The notes: generated by a model from the letters alone, not told the origin. A stretch of 63,259 nucleotides of DNA, filler included, from Licmophora abbreviata (GCA_900291995.1; 43 parts of 43 records of this genome joined end to end with filler, not necessarily neighbours in it); one strand, 5' to 3'; counted from the whole stretch's first letter, positions 47,442 to 60,418 are shown. Numbers and translations: made by a program.

Positions 47442-48173
47442 NNNNNNNNNNNNNNNNNNNNNNNNNNNNNNNNNNNNNNNNNNNNTTAATTAATTAANNN
47501 NNNNNNNNNNNNNNNNNNNNNNNNNNNNNNNNNNNNNNNNNGTACTGAAGGGTCAAGCGGCTTAGCTGTTGTTTGTACCTGGTAGACCTACACTGACAAT
47601 ACGGAGAGGTCATGGACACATTTTTATCAACAGTGGAACCATAGTCGTCGCGAAACCATGGTCAATATTGCCTGGTAGACTACCTGGTACTGCCGGTGTG
47701 AGACACGTTGAGCGTGCTGTTGTATTAGTCCGTCTGGCTCTTCATTCCCGAGCGACTAAAAGCATCAAACCATGTGCGGTGCTTGACTAGGAGTACAACG
47801 TATAATTTTGCTATCATAGAGCTCCGTGATAACGCCAGGGGTACATAATAAGTTTGTTGCAGTAGTTGTCGTTTGGCTTCTTCCATTTCTACCCATTGCG
47901 TATGGTTGCAACACATGGCTCATATTGCGCTCGTCGTCTCCTTCCTTGCATCATGTTCCCTTGGTGTACTAGTGCTCTCCGAGTGTGGTGGTTGCAGTCG
48001 AATCGTTTTGGTGGTGGCTCCAAAGATATAACCATGCCCAGCTACTTGTATTATTCAAATACCTGATCTCAGAACTGAAGCACAATCCCTGCATATGTTG
48101 AGAAAATGCCCATTTGGTTTGAAGGTGACAAGTACTACGACGTAGTGTGTACCGGTAGCGGTATATGAGGTGT

Positions 48174-48893
48174 TCACACAACTGTGAAGTTGCGAAAAAC
48201 TCCTGTTGTATACCCGTCCATATCCTTAGATGAGACAGCCATTCCAACGTTGAAACTGTCATTGTCGAATGTGACAGTGTCCGAGTAAATCATGATCCAG
48301 TTCTCGCCATCGTGAGATTTGTAACCCGTGAGGATGCTACCAGATTTCACTACCTTGAGCCAGCCATGTCGGACAGATTTTTCTGAATTCGTCCAACCTT
48401 CGCCATTGTATCGCTTTGTTAGGCCATTGGTGTCCTTTCGTATCTGCATGGAGATCCCCATGCGAGGAGAGGCAAACACAAGAGCGTTCTTGGAGCCTCG
48501 GGCAAGAGAATCGCGAATCATTACACCAGCTCTTGCCCATTTATGGGAATTTCCAACGCTTTCAAGATACGCAATCACAGTCGCGTCACCAGACTGGCCG
48601 GAAGCGTAGACAAAATGGAAACCATCACCAGATTTTCCCCAAATCTGACTTCCAGACGCCTGAATGTCCCATCGGTTCTCCACACTGTCGTATGCGAATG
48701 AGCCAGGGTAGTTTACGGCATCAACACGTCCGACATCTTCTGACATGAGGCTTTGGTAAAGTTCAGTTATCGGTTCGGTGGTCACTGCTAGCTCACTAGT
48801 GACTGCCAAGTCACGGATAGAGCAAGTTGTGTAGTTGCTGTTGGTGCTTGCCGTGCAAGCTAGCCCTGCGTCATAGAGATCGATATCAAACTG
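48174..48893 (-). CDS. Protein C-terminus with a concanavalin-like beta-sandwich (DUF1349-like) module
   Basis: GSQIWG..DGFHFVY, WARAGVMIRDSL, WLKVVKSG...GY.S.DG.NW, VGMAVSS. Confidence 0.7.
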   Translation of the reverse strand, partial: QFDIDLYDAGLACTASTNSNYTTCSIRDLAVTSELAVTTEPITELYQSLMSEDVGRVDAVNYPGSFAYDSVENRWDIQASGSQIWGKSGDGFHFVYASGQSGDATVIAYLESVGNSHKWARAGVMIRDSLARGSKNALVFASPRMGISMQIRKDTNGLTKRYNGEGWTNSEKSVRHGWLKVVKSGSILTGYKSHDGENWIMIYSDTVTFDNDSFNVGMAVSSKDMDGYTTGVFRNFTVV

Positions 48894-48993
48894 NNNNNNN
48901 NNNNNNNNNNNNNNNNNNNNNNNNNNNNNNNNNNNNNTTAATTAATTAANNNNNNNNNNNNNNNNNNNNNNNNNNNNNNNNNNNNNNNNNNNN

Positions 48994-49857
48994 CGGCAGA
49001 TCGAGCCGCAGCGCAAAGGACGCGCCGGGGCGCAGCATATCGGCGGTATTGTCGATTTCGGCGCGGATGCGGGCGGTGCGGGTGATTGGATCGACGCGGC
49101 TGTCGATGGCGGTGATCTTGCCCTCAAAGCTGCGCCCTTCGACCGCCGGGGTGGTGGCGGTCACGGCAAGCCCCTGAGAGATGCGGCCCAGAAGCGCCTC
49201 GGGCAGATCGAATTCCACGAGGATGCGGCTGCGGTCATCGAAGCTGCCGATGGCGTCATCGGTGGCGATCCGGTCGCCGGCTTCGACAAGGGCCAGACCG
49301 GTCACGCCATCGAAGGGCGCGCGCAGCGTGCGGTCGGCCAGATCGGCGCGGGCCTTGTCAAGTTCGATGCGGGCGACCTTGAATCCGGTCTGCGCCTCTT
49401 CGAAGCGGGCGGTGGCGGCAGCGCCGGTATCCTGAAGCGTCTGGTAGCGGTCACGCTCGGAGGTGGCCCGTTCCAGCCGCGCCTCGGCCAGGGCGACGGC
49501 AAGGCGTTCATCGCTGTCGTCCAGCTGCATGAGCGTGTCACCGGCCGCGAATTTCGCGCCGGGCGCGATGGCCAGCGACGTGATCTCACCGCCCGAGGGC
49601 GCGCGCAGGGTGATCGAGCGCAGCGCGAAGCTGGTGCCGATGACCGAAAAGGTCAGATCATCCGAGACGGCCTCTACATCGGAGACGATCACCGGGGGAC
49701 CGTCGTTTGCGGTGGAGGGGGCGCTGTCTTGCGGTTGGGCGGCTTGCGCGCCGGTCCAGAGCGCTGCGACCTCGGTCCGGTAGTGCCACGTCAAGGCTGC
49801 CGCAGCGATCAGCGCCGTAGACACCGTGAGCTGTTTCCAGATGGCAATCTTTTGCAT
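48994..49857 (-). CDS. Bacterial RND efflux periplasmic adaptor subunit, 3'-truncated
   Basis: LRAPFDGVTG, IDSRVDPITRT, LRPG. Confidence 0.9.
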
Positions 49858-49913
49858 GTCGCGCCCGTTGTCCCGTCTGTCAGCTTAAAAACATAGGGCA
49901 AGGCGCTGCGAAG

Positions 49914-50341
49914 TCACCTGATGAAGGGTATCGGATGCAGCTCCGCGCGCCAGTTGGCATCTTCGATCCGCAGGTCGAAAGGCTGCGCGCTGTCGGCCAG
50001 ATCGGCCCGTATGAGGCCAAGGCCGATGGTCTTGCCCATGCGGCGGGACTGCACCAGTTCGCTGACAGTGCCGACGGTTTCACCATCCAGCATCAGGGGA
50101 ACGGGATGGCCGGGCAGGGTCGGCGTGCCTTCGACCACAAGACCGATGCGGCGCCGGGCCGGTGGGGTGGAGGCGTGCCGCAGAAGGGCGGCGCGACCGA
50201 TGTAGTCAAGATCACTGTCCAGATCGATCAGCGGGCCGAAGCCCATCTCGAACGGGGTGACGCGATGATCCTGCCAGCGCATGTCGGCCCCATAGGAAAT
50301 AAGCCCGCTTTCAATCCGTTCGATATCGTTGGGCGCGCCGG
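49914..50341 (-). CDS. Bacterial GcvT-family aminomethyltransferase (DmdA-like), C-terminus
   Basis: GAPNDIERIESGLISYGAD, TPFEMG, DYIGRAAL. Confidence 0.8.
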
Positions 50342-50441
50342 NNNNNNNNNNNNNNNNNNNNNNNNNNNNNNNNNNNNNNNNNNNNTTAATTAATTAANNN
50401 NNNNNNNNNNNNNNNNNNNNNNNNNNNNNNNNNNNNNNNNN

Positions 50442-51789
50442 CCTGTACCTGCTCTGCCGTCGACAATCGCACGAACACGAAAACGAAACCACGAATCGAT
50501 GAAACAGGGCACTCAGGAGGCCGAGATGAAAACTAATTCTCTACGTAAGTACATGTTGCGAGACTCACGACTACTATCTAGCCACGGCTGGAAGCCGTTC
50601 GTCCAGCAGCGCCAAGGTCTGGGCGACCTGGGTCCGCTCAGCATCGTCCACCCGGCCAAGCATTTACTACGACACCTCTCCACCACTGGGGCGCCAGTAC
50701 TTTTCACTACGCCTCCCTGGGATCCACATCGAATACACGCGGCTGCCTTGCGCGGCCCGCATCAATCGGCCCGAGAACACGAAGACTTTCTCCGACAAGA
50801 AATGGCTGATATGATCCTACGAAACCAATGGGTAGTGCTACCGTACGACGCGGTTAAGGCACTGCCCGGGCTCCGACTCAGCCCTATTGGTGTTGTACCG
50901 CAGAGGGACAGACGACCCCGTACGATCGTCGACTACACCTTCCACGGAATCAACGCCGACACCCTTCCGTTAGCACCTGCTGAGGCTATGCGCTTCGGTC
51001 AGGCCTTCCAACGCCTTCTGGTAGACATTGTTAATGCAGACCCCCGACACGGTCCCGTCCACCTGTGTAAGATCGATATCGCAGACGGCTTCTACCGAAT
51101 CAAGCTTCGGGCGGATGACATTCCCAAGTTGGGCGTCAGTTTTCCTTCCGAAGTCGCCGGCGAACATGTTGTAGCCTTCCCCTTGGTCCTACCGATGGGG
51201 TGGGTGAGTTCGCCACCTTATTTCTGTGCCGCCACCGAGACGGTGGCGGATGTGGCGAATCTCCTGATCGATCGGGGGCATCGTCCGTCCTCCCATCCGT
51301 TAGATCGCCTTGCCGAAACGCAGCAAGCCGACCCAATGCCCACTCAGATGCATCCCACGGGGGCACCAGCTGTCTCCCTGCCAACTATTGAACCTATACC
51401 GACGATGAAGCGTCGACGCCCGTTGGGGCGGTTTGAAGTCTACATTGATGATTTTTGTGGGCTGGTACAAGGAGGGCGAAAGCGCAGGCGTCGCGTGCGG
51501 CGTATTCTCTTTCACACTCTCGACCAGGTTTTCCGCCCCCTTTCGTCCGACGACATCCCCATGCGACAGGAGCCGATCTCCATCAAGAAACTAAAGAAAG
51601 GCGACGGGGACTGGCACACACGAAAGGTTTTACTCGGCTGGCTAGTCGACACGGTCGCGGGCACCCTCCAGTTGCCACCACACCGGGTTGAACGCCTCTG
51701 GGAAATCCTGGACTCCATTCCTCTCAGTCAACAACGCGTCTCTCTTCAGAAATGGCAGCAGATACTAGGGGAACTACGCTCCATGGCGC
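50442..51789 (+). mobile_element. Reverse transcriptase of a DIRS/Ngaro-like YR retroelement
   Basis: LSPIGVVPQ..R.IVDYT, KIDIADGFYRI, LPMGWVSSPPYFC, YIDDF, LGWLVDT. Confidence 0.9.
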
Positions 51790-51889
51790 NNNNNNNNNNN
51801 NNNNNNNNNNNNNNNNNNNNNNNNNNNNNNNNNTTAATTAATTAANNNNNNNNNNNNNNNNNNNNNNNNNNNNNNNNNNNNNNNNNNNN

Positions 51890-52804
51890 TCAGGGTATTT
51901 TTAAAAGACGCAATTCATTATAAAAAAATTCAAAAGCTTTTGACTTATAACATTCAGGATTACTTATAATTGACAAAGTTCTTGTTATTTTTATGTTTTC
52001 AATCTTGATAACTTCAATTGTTTCAAGTTCAATTTCTTTTTCAATTGCTGAAGAAGATACAAAAGCTGCTCCTAAACCTAAACTTACAGCTGTTTTGATA
52101 CCTTCAATTGAGTTTAATTGCATAATTATTTTTAATTGTTCTGTTTCTATTTCATTTTGTCTCAATACATTATCAATAAATTTTCTAATTGTTGAATTCG
52201 AATTTAGAGTAATAAAGTTTAGATGATATAAATCATCTTTCTTAATTTTTCTCTTTTTTGCAAAAGGATGAGATTTTGGAATAATTAAACTTAATTCATC
52301 TTCGACAAAATGTTCAATTTGTAATTTTCTTTTAAACTCTTCAGGTACTTCACCCCCAACCACCGCAATATCAACTTCGCGAGTTAATACATTTTTTGCA
52401 ATAATTCGTGTTGAATTAACTTGAATTTTTAAATCAATTTGAGGATAGTTTTGCGCAAATAAAGCTAGAAATCGCGGCATTAGATAGGTACCAATCGTTT
52501 GACTTGCACCTACATTTAAATTTCCTCGATCTCCATTTTTTAGGTCAATTAATGCTCGACAACTTTCTTCACATAACGCTAATATTCGTTCTGAATATTG
52601 TAAGAAAACTTCACCATTTTCCGTTAAAGAAATCTTATTATTTTCCCTATTTATAAGTGAAATATCAAGATTTTTTTCTAGTGTTTTAATTTGTTTACTT
52701 AGGGAAGGTTGAGATATATATAATATTTCCGCAGCTTTGGTGAAATTTTTTTCAGTTGCGACAGCTTTTAATATACGTAATTGTTGTAAAGTAAAAGGTA
52801 GCAT
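51890..52804 (-). CDS. rbcR: Plastid LysR-type regulator RbcR/Ycf30
   Basis: MLPFTLQQLRIL..NFTKAA..SQPSLSKQI, GASQTIGTY; AT-rich. The stop lies at the contig edge. Confidence 0.96.
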   Translation of the reverse strand: MLPFTLQQLRILKAVATEKNFTKAAEILYISQPSLSKQIKTLEKNLDISLINRENNKISLTENGEVFLQYSERILALCEESCRALIDLKNGDRGNLNVGASQTIGTYLMPRFLALFAQNYPQIDLKIQVNSTRIIAKNVLTREVDIAVVGGEVPEEFKRKLQIEHFVEDELSLIIPKSHPFAKKRKIKKDDLYHLNFITLNSNSTIRKFIDNVLRQNEIETEQLKIIMQLNSIEGIKTAVSLGLGAAFVSSSAIEKEIELETIEVIKIENIKITRTLSIISNPECYKSKAFEFFYNELRLLKIP

Positions 52805-52867
52805 TATTTTATTTTTTGAAGATTAAATATCTATATAAATTATATAGAATTTTTCTGTTTAATGAAA

Positions 52868-52949
52868 TACGGATGGAGAGACTCGAACTCTCAAAACAAA
52901 AGTTACTAGGACCTAAATCTAGCGCGTCTACCAATTTCGCCACATCCGT
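52868..52949 (-). tRNA. trnL: Plastid tRNA-Leu(UAG)
   Basis: ACGGATG/CATCCGT acceptor stem, D-loop TGGTAGA, anticodon loop TTTAGGT, long variable arm, TTCGAG T-loop. Confidence 0.93.
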
Positions 52950-53005
52950 TCTATAGAATCACAAATTTGTGTCTAAAAATAAATCTTTAAATACTATTTA
53001 AAGAT

Positions 53006-53170
53006 TTATTCATCTACGTATATACTGTATATAAAGCTAGTTGACTTACCTCGTAACATTGACTTAGCTAAAGATAACGATTTTTGAGCCGCTTTATATC
53101 CTTTTCTCTTCCAATTTGCTTTACGAGCATTTTTTTTAGCTTTTGATGTTCGTTTTTTAGGGACAGCCAT
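53006..53170 (-). CDS. rpl32: Plastid ribosomal protein L32
   Basis: [26 protein letters not shown]. Confidence 0.96.
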   Translation of the reverse strand: MAVPKKRTSKAKKNARKANWKRKGYKAAQKSLSLAKSMLRGKSTSFIYSIYVDE

Positions 53171-53336
53171 GATTTCAAAATTCCAAAAATAATTATACAC
53201 ACACAGTATAATAATTGATTTTAAAAGTCAATTATTNNNNNNNNNNNNNNNNNNNNNNNNNNNNNNNNNNNNNNNNNNNNTTAATTAATTAANNNNNNNN
53301 NNNNNNNNNNNNNNNNNNNNNNNNNNNNNNNNNNNN

Positions 53337-54406
<1,070 letters not shown>

Positions 54407-54414
54407 AGGGCGGC

Positions 54415-54679
54415 ATGGCGGGAAACCTCCCGGAATATTATTTCAGGGTCCGCGAGAACGGAGCATTTGTTTTCCGTGTGGATACGGAGAACCGTCAAAG
54501 ACGGATCGAGATGGACCAGATCGCGGTCATCAACATCCGCAACGGTCAGATCAAGCCCCATGGGGAGCGGGACCTGACCGAGGACGATCTGGAGGTGATC
54601 CGCAGCTGGATCGAAGAGCGCACAGCACTTCTGGCGCGGCGCGACATCGACGATATCCACCGGGCGGTCGATTACCTGA
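54415..54679 (+). CDS. Bacterial hypothetical protein, 3'-truncated
   Basis: GAGGG ribosome-binding site, ATG 8 nt after the aminotransferase stop, GC3-rich open frame. Confidence 0.75.
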
Positions 54680-55055
54680 NNNNNNNNNNNNNNNNNNNNN
54701 NNNNNNNNNNNNNNNNNNNNNNNTTAATTAATTAANNNNNNNNNNNNNNNNNNNNNNNNNNNNNNNNNNNNNNNNNNNNTCGATGGCAGTCAATCTAGAG
54801 TGGCATGGCGTGACTGCCATCGAATGCGCGCGCGCTGCTGCTGGCCACTCATTTTCGTTGAAACACTACGTTGTATATACTCGTAGTAGGATGATAGCAT
54901 ATGTGTGCATGGATCTCGACCATCATCATCACACGGTACATCATCACAACAACAACAACTAACTTCCTTGTAGAGAGAGAGAGAGAGAGAGAGAGAGCGA
55001 CATCCAGAAGTGCTTCGTAGTATTTCAAAGACTTCTTCTTCTCACAGAAACTAGA

Positions 55056-55568
55056 ATGAAGAATGCCAAAAAGAGACCTCTGCCAACACCAACATCAGTT
55101 TCATCGCAGGATGAGAGCAGCCTACAACATAACAAGACGGACGGCAAAATCACACGGCAGAAAGACAAAAGTAGCAGCGGCAGTACAGTAGCAAATTCAG
55201 CAGCAGCACTCTCTGGCTTGGACGAGATTGATGCCTTGTTTTCCGAAAAGAAGAAAAAGACAAAACTTACTACTACTAGTAGTAGTAGTAGTAGTAGTAG
55301 TGTGCTAGACCGACCGAACGACCCCACGAGAAGGACTGCAAAGACACGCCTCCAGTACACGCGCAGCGATATGGATCTGTTTGGCAGTAGAAACGATTCA
55401 ACAGCCTCTTCATTCCTGGCCGACGGCTTGGGTGGAAAGATCAACAAGGAGGGATACACGGGTCGTGTGGAGGGCGGCGTCAGGATTTTCAAGGCTCACA
55501 TGTTCAACAGAGCCAACTTTGGACAATCCAAGGACTGCCCATTCGACTGCGACTGTTGTTATATATAG
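55056..55568 (+). CDS. DUF1764-like small eukaryotic protein
   Basis: EIDALF, and C-terminal G..KDCPFDCDCCY. Confidence 0.75.
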   Translation: MKNAKKRPLPTPTSVSSQDESSLQHNKTDGKITRQKDKSSSGSTVANSAAALSGLDEIDALFSEKKKKTKLTTTSSSSSSSSVLDRPNDPTRRTAKTRLQYTRSDMDLFGSRNDSTASSFLADGLGGKINKEGYTGRVEGGVRIFKAHMFNRANFGQSKDCPFDCDCCYI

Positions 55569-55698
55569 TAGTACAATTCGACCATCATTCGAACAGTGTT
55601 GTGTTGTTGTTGTTATTTTATTATTAATATTATTATTATCAAAAGCGACAGAGACCACACACAAAACGAACAACTCTAAAAAACTCTTGCGAAGACGG

Positions 55699-56121
55699 CT
55701 ACGACGAACCATTCCACAAGGCCACAGTGACGGACACTAGCACAGTCATTGCAGTCACCAGGAAACGACGACTAGCAGCATCGCTTGTTTCTCCTTGGCC
55801 AGGCGGAGATACACCTTCTTGAACAGTTTCTTGAACAGGAGGAGGCACAGGACCACTGCTACTTGCACCCGGTAAATCTTCTTCATCCACTTCCATGTCT
55901 TCATTGGGCAGTTGGGGCAATATGCAAGTCACACAAGGAATGAGGTTGGGTGACTTGGTAGGGCTGGGAGTCGATGTGGAGTCTGATGTAGCCACAGAGG
56001 TCGGCGCGACCGTGTCGGGTATAGCTGTCATGGGAGTATTGGTGGGAACAAAGGAAGGGAGTTCGGTGATGGTGACGGGAGCATCCGTGGGAACAAAGGA
56101 AGGGAGTTCGGTGATGGTGAC
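55699..56121 (-). CDS. P/T/S-rich cell-surface protein C-terminus with 45-bp repeats and a GPI-signal-like hydrophobic tail
   Basis: Repeat unit at 56042 and 56087; ends SDAASRRFLVTAMTVLVSVTVALW. Confidence 0.65.
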   Translation of the reverse strand, partial: VTITELPSFVPTDAPVTITELPSFVPTNTPMTAIPDTVAPTSVATSDSTSTPSPTKSPNLIPCVTCILPQLPNEDMEVDEEDLPGASSSGPVPPPVQETVQEGVSPPGQGETSDAASRRFLVTAMTVLVSVTVALWNGSS

Positions 56122-56221
56122 NNNNNNNNNNNNNNNNNNNNNNNNNNNNNNNNNNNNNNNNNNNNTTAATTAATTAANNNNNNNNNNNNNNNNNNNNNNN
56201 NNNNNNNNNNNNNNNNNNNNN

Positions 56222-57558
56222 GAAGGCACATGCCCAGCGCACCAAAGGCCTGGAAAAGAAGTTCTCCCCCAAGGATGACCTCGTAGTCTTCGAACAGAAG
56301 CTATGGGATCATCTCACCGACCATGGACTCGACTCCATCGCCTACGTGCCCGACCCCGTCACCCCAAGTACCATGATCAGCTGCGTCAACAAACGCGCCA
56401 AGCTTTCGGTCCCATCCGTCCTAACCAGCATCCAAAAGCAAGTCAGTCTCTACGATATCTACGACAAGGCTAATGACAAAGACGCTGTTTCCTACTTTAT
56501 CAACAGCCTAAACGACACCCTGGCCAAGGAGACCCGCGATACGATGGACGACAACGACCCATTTCCCGTCGTCTTCCTTCGCACTATGAAAATCATCCGA
56601 AGCGCATCAATTCTCCGCTTCAACAACGTCAAGAGGCGCATCGAAGGTCGCCGCGCCACCCAGTACTCAGGACAGAACCTCGTCTCTCTAGCCAACGACT
56701 ACCGCGAAGACGCAAACGAACTCTCCTCCGCCGGACAGTACGACCACAAACTGACGCTCGTCATGCTCGAGACGTTCCTTTCCTCAGGCGGCGAAGGCAA
56801 CGAAGACTTCCGCCACCCCCTCCGATCTCTCAAGGAAAAGCTCCACAGGATCCTACTAGAGATCCCGTTCCTCGCTCCCGACGAAGCCAACCGCCGAATG
56901 CAATCTGAAGGCTTGACGTACCGTCGCATCCTGGAGGACGTGACGGATCGCTACCGCGACGCGATCTCGAACGGAAAATGGCCACCAGCTCGCCACAACC
57001 CCGACTCCAAAGCAGCACCGACTTCTTTCGACCATGCCTCCGTTCGTCAAGTCAACGCTCTCATCCAGACGGCGTTGAAGACCGCCGGCAACCCAGACGA
57101 CGTCTGCCTCCACTGCGGCGAGAAAGGACACTGGGCCCGAAGCTGCCCCAAGAAACAGAACCAGCGTTCCCGACCCAGCAACAACAACTCTAATCGCCGT
57201 CCCTCTCGCCCAGGACAGACCAACAAGCGCGTCTCCCTCCGCTCTCTGACGAAACCCGGCCCAGGTGAACCGCAGTCCAAGACCTACGAGGGCCTCGACA
57301 TCCAGTGGTGCGACCACTGTAACCGCTGGTCGACGACACACAACACGGCAACCCACACCGGTCCCAAAACGAAGCAGCAGCCCACGAAGAAGCCCCAAGC
57401 CAACACCATCCGCTTGGATCCATCAGCTTGGACCGCCTTCCACGCTACCTCCTTCGACTCTCCGTCCCGACCGGTTGATTGTTGTTTGACCACCCTTCGA
57501 ACCGCTCTCACCATCCTGGCCGCTGCTTTGATGCTTGTCGGCGGCCTCGTCGCCATCG
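56222..57558 (+). mobile_element. Ty1/copia gag with CCHC knuckle and a second CxxC..H..H motif
   Basis: CLHCGEKGHWARSC and WCDHCNRWSTTHNTATH; C/A-rich sense strand like 7657-9081. Confidence 0.85.
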
Positions 57559-57658
57559 NNNNNNNNNNNNNNNNNNNNNNNNNNNNNNNNNNNNNNNNNN
57601 NNTTAATTAATTAANNNNNNNNNNNNNNNNNNNNNNNNNNNNNNNNNNNNNNNNNNNN

Positions 57659-58995
57659 CTTGCCGACGATAGCTGGAATTGACGCTTTCCGAATGGGAAT
57701 CGTGAGGGAGGCGCGTCTGTCCTCGTACTCTGCGATCCACGCAGCGAGGGCCTCCTTGGCTTCCTCTACGTTTTCCGCCTCTCCCGAAATCTTGATCGTG
57801 CTGGAGTCCTTCTTGAGGCGATCCATCTCGACGCCGTGTTCTTCGGAAAATTCCTTGATGTGTTTCCACGAGCGACCCAAGAACGGGGCCATGGCGTCGG
57901 GAGGAATCTCCACAAAGGCATTCTGGCGACGCGCTTTCTCCAATGTATCCTCCAGAATCTGCTGAGCCCTTGCGAGACTTTCTGCATCTGGTCCCGAAAC
58001 TGTCACCGTGAGATCCTCTTTGTTGACGTCAATCTGACAACCGCTGTCCGCGCGGAGAGCATTGACCTTCGCACCGCCCTTGCCAATGATGAGAGGCAGT
58101 AACCAGGCTTCTGATGAATCGAAACTGTAAATATGAACCAGTTCCTCGGCTTCGTTTATCTTAGGAAGCAGAAGACTGACGGCGGCCTCTACTTGTTCCG
58201 GTTCCGAGCTCTGAACGTGAATCATACTAAGATCACGGTCGAGATTGACTGCCGTTCCAGTCTGGACGGCCACGACGACGAGCGACGCAGCAGATCCGAC
58301 CGTGCTATGAAGGGGCTTGGAAATCTTGAGGTGCGCAAAGTTCGACGGAAGAAGAAAATCGAGCAAATCCATGACCTGCGCTTTCGCCTTGCTGACATTG
58401 CGACGCTTCCCAGTTATGACCACGGCGCCAGTTGCGAGATCAAGAGCAACCTCGGCATTCGACAAGCTCTTGATGCGATCAAAATGAGCAGGATCTTTGC
58501 AAGCCACACGCAATTTTGATACCTGTGGAGCGTCCAGCTCGATGCGAGTTTCGTAGACACCAGTGAGCTCTTCCTTGAGCAAGGATACCGCATCCCTGAC
58601 ATCGCCCGAGACGCCTCGAACCTTGACAGCATCGTCAGTCACAACAAGTTCCACCGGGACGCCTTTGATGATCTGTCTCGGCTTAGTTAGTGCGCTGCGC
58701 TGCTCCGCTGTGATTGGGACAGATTCTTGCACCCTGGCACTGGCGACGATACGAAGGATGTCGATTCTGCACGCTTCAACCTTGTCTTCGGGTCCTCGAA
58801 TCGCAATGCGATTTGAACGACTGATAAAGATGGATACTCCATGCTCGGATTCTAGTTCATCGCGCCTGGACCCACCCTTGCCGACGATCACCCCGATACC
58901 CCGCTCTGTGACCGAGAGGCGTGCAATGGTATGACCGTCCCCTCCAAGCAAGAACTGCTGGAGCTTCTTGGCCGCAGGCATAACTCGTTCTTTTT
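57659..58995 (-). CDS. Multi-KH-domain (vigilin-like) protein, internal fragment
   Basis: IVGKGG, IIGKGGAKV, PAIVGK. Confidence 0.85.
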
Positions 58996-59095
58996 NNNNN
59001 NNNNNNNNNNNNNNNNNNNNNNNNNNNNNNNNNNNNNNNTTAATTAATTAANNNNNNNNNNNNNNNNNNNNNNNNNNNNNNNNNNNNNNNNNNNN

Positions 59096-60418
59096 ATCCG
59101 GGAGCTGAAGGCGGGTAATATGACAGCCAATGGGAAGCAGTTCTCAGACAGCGAGATTGAGGAGTTTCGATCGACCCGCAAGTGGAAGGCCCGGTACGAA
59201 AGTCGACTGAAGAAAGAGATCTATGCTGGTGATTTGATTGTTCACAACCTTCGGAATTGGTTTGTCAGGTACAAAGTTGACCACTCCCCAGGGGAAGCAC
59301 CGGGACAAGGCCGTGTAGATCCAGTGTCAGGCAAGAAGCTCTTTACTCCTGAAACTAAGGATGCCGTCAATGAGCAGTGCAAAAACGCCAAGTATCTGGA
59401 GGATGTCTTGCCGGCAGGCGAGATCTATTCTGCCCTCCCGCCTTCTTTGAGGACCAAACACCATCTGCCAACATATTTGAGCAATCGCGGTGAATCTAGG
59501 TTGGAGACTTTCAACGGCCTTCAGGCGCACATGGGAAATTCTGGAATGAGAGAGTCTCTTGCCGACATGCATGTTCTTGAAGGTACCTCGCGGGTCAACA
59601 TTCGCATCCAGGAGCAGGTCTGCCGGGGTAGGAGAAGCGGTGTTCAAGTGGATGAGCATGACCGCAGGAAGCCTGCATGGCTTCGTGACGTCCCGGCAAA
59701 CTATAACCATTCAAATCTTGCGGCAATTAACAGAAAGGCAGCGGCTGCAGGCAGTGAGTTTGTTCCTCACAACAACTTACGACCATTACAGCTGGACAAC
59801 GGTGAGCGGTTCATGTCAGAGTATTTTCATGAACAGCAGAAGAGGAGTTCAGATATTGCTCCACATCCGCTGAATGACAGATGCCAGTGCAAACAATGTG
59901 GACGGAACCCCATTCCATCACCGTACGAGCTGAAAATGGCTGTCGAGAAACGAGGGACTGTGGATCAACTAGATCTGGATTCAGGAGTGACTGCTGAAAA
60001 GACCGCGGGATCCATGGCCACGATCGAGGAAGGAGATCAAAAGATTTGGAATCCATATGCGAAAAGATACGTTACTGTGAGCAAGAAGAGACGACGCATC
60101 GAGGTTCATACCCAGCGCATTGAAGTCGCGGTTGCGGATGATTTGGAGGGTAACCGCGAAATCGAAGATCCTGTCTTGCTTGGAGCCGTTTCCGATGCTT
60201 CAGAAACTGTGGTCACAGCAATACCAACTGGCGTTAATGAAACGACGTTAGAATCGGCACTGCAGAGTCGACAATCGGACAAGAGAGACAAGGAGGAGGA
60301 CACCATCCAGATGCGTCCTCTGCCACCACCAGTTTTGTTGGCACCGACGCTACGCTTGTCGGCGACTCTGACCCACCCCATGCTGGGCTTGGACCGGAAT
60401 CATCCCATGCACCTGCGG
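59096..60418 (+). mobile_element. Putative DNA transposase C-terminal region
   Basis: Intronless ORF with RGESRLETFNG..H.GNSGM and CQCKQC; resembles the RGxxxLExFH last-Glu motif of some DDE transposases. Weak. Confidence 0.35.

Noticed and set aside
50442..51789. RT as a bacterial retron, DGR or group II intron RT beside bacterial genes
   Set aside because: It is on its own contig, and its paralog continues into RNase H and a YR-like ORF, as in eukaryotic DIRS-order elements.
52905..52925. A-C mismatch at the base of the trnL anticodon stem as evidence of RNA editing
   Set aside because: A single position that cannot be told apart from natural variation or sequencing error.
51890..53236. 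Nuclear plastid insertion or truncated rbcR
   Set aside because: The whole contig is plastid-like with intact genes. The rbcR stop is at the contig edge next to an A-run and may be an error.
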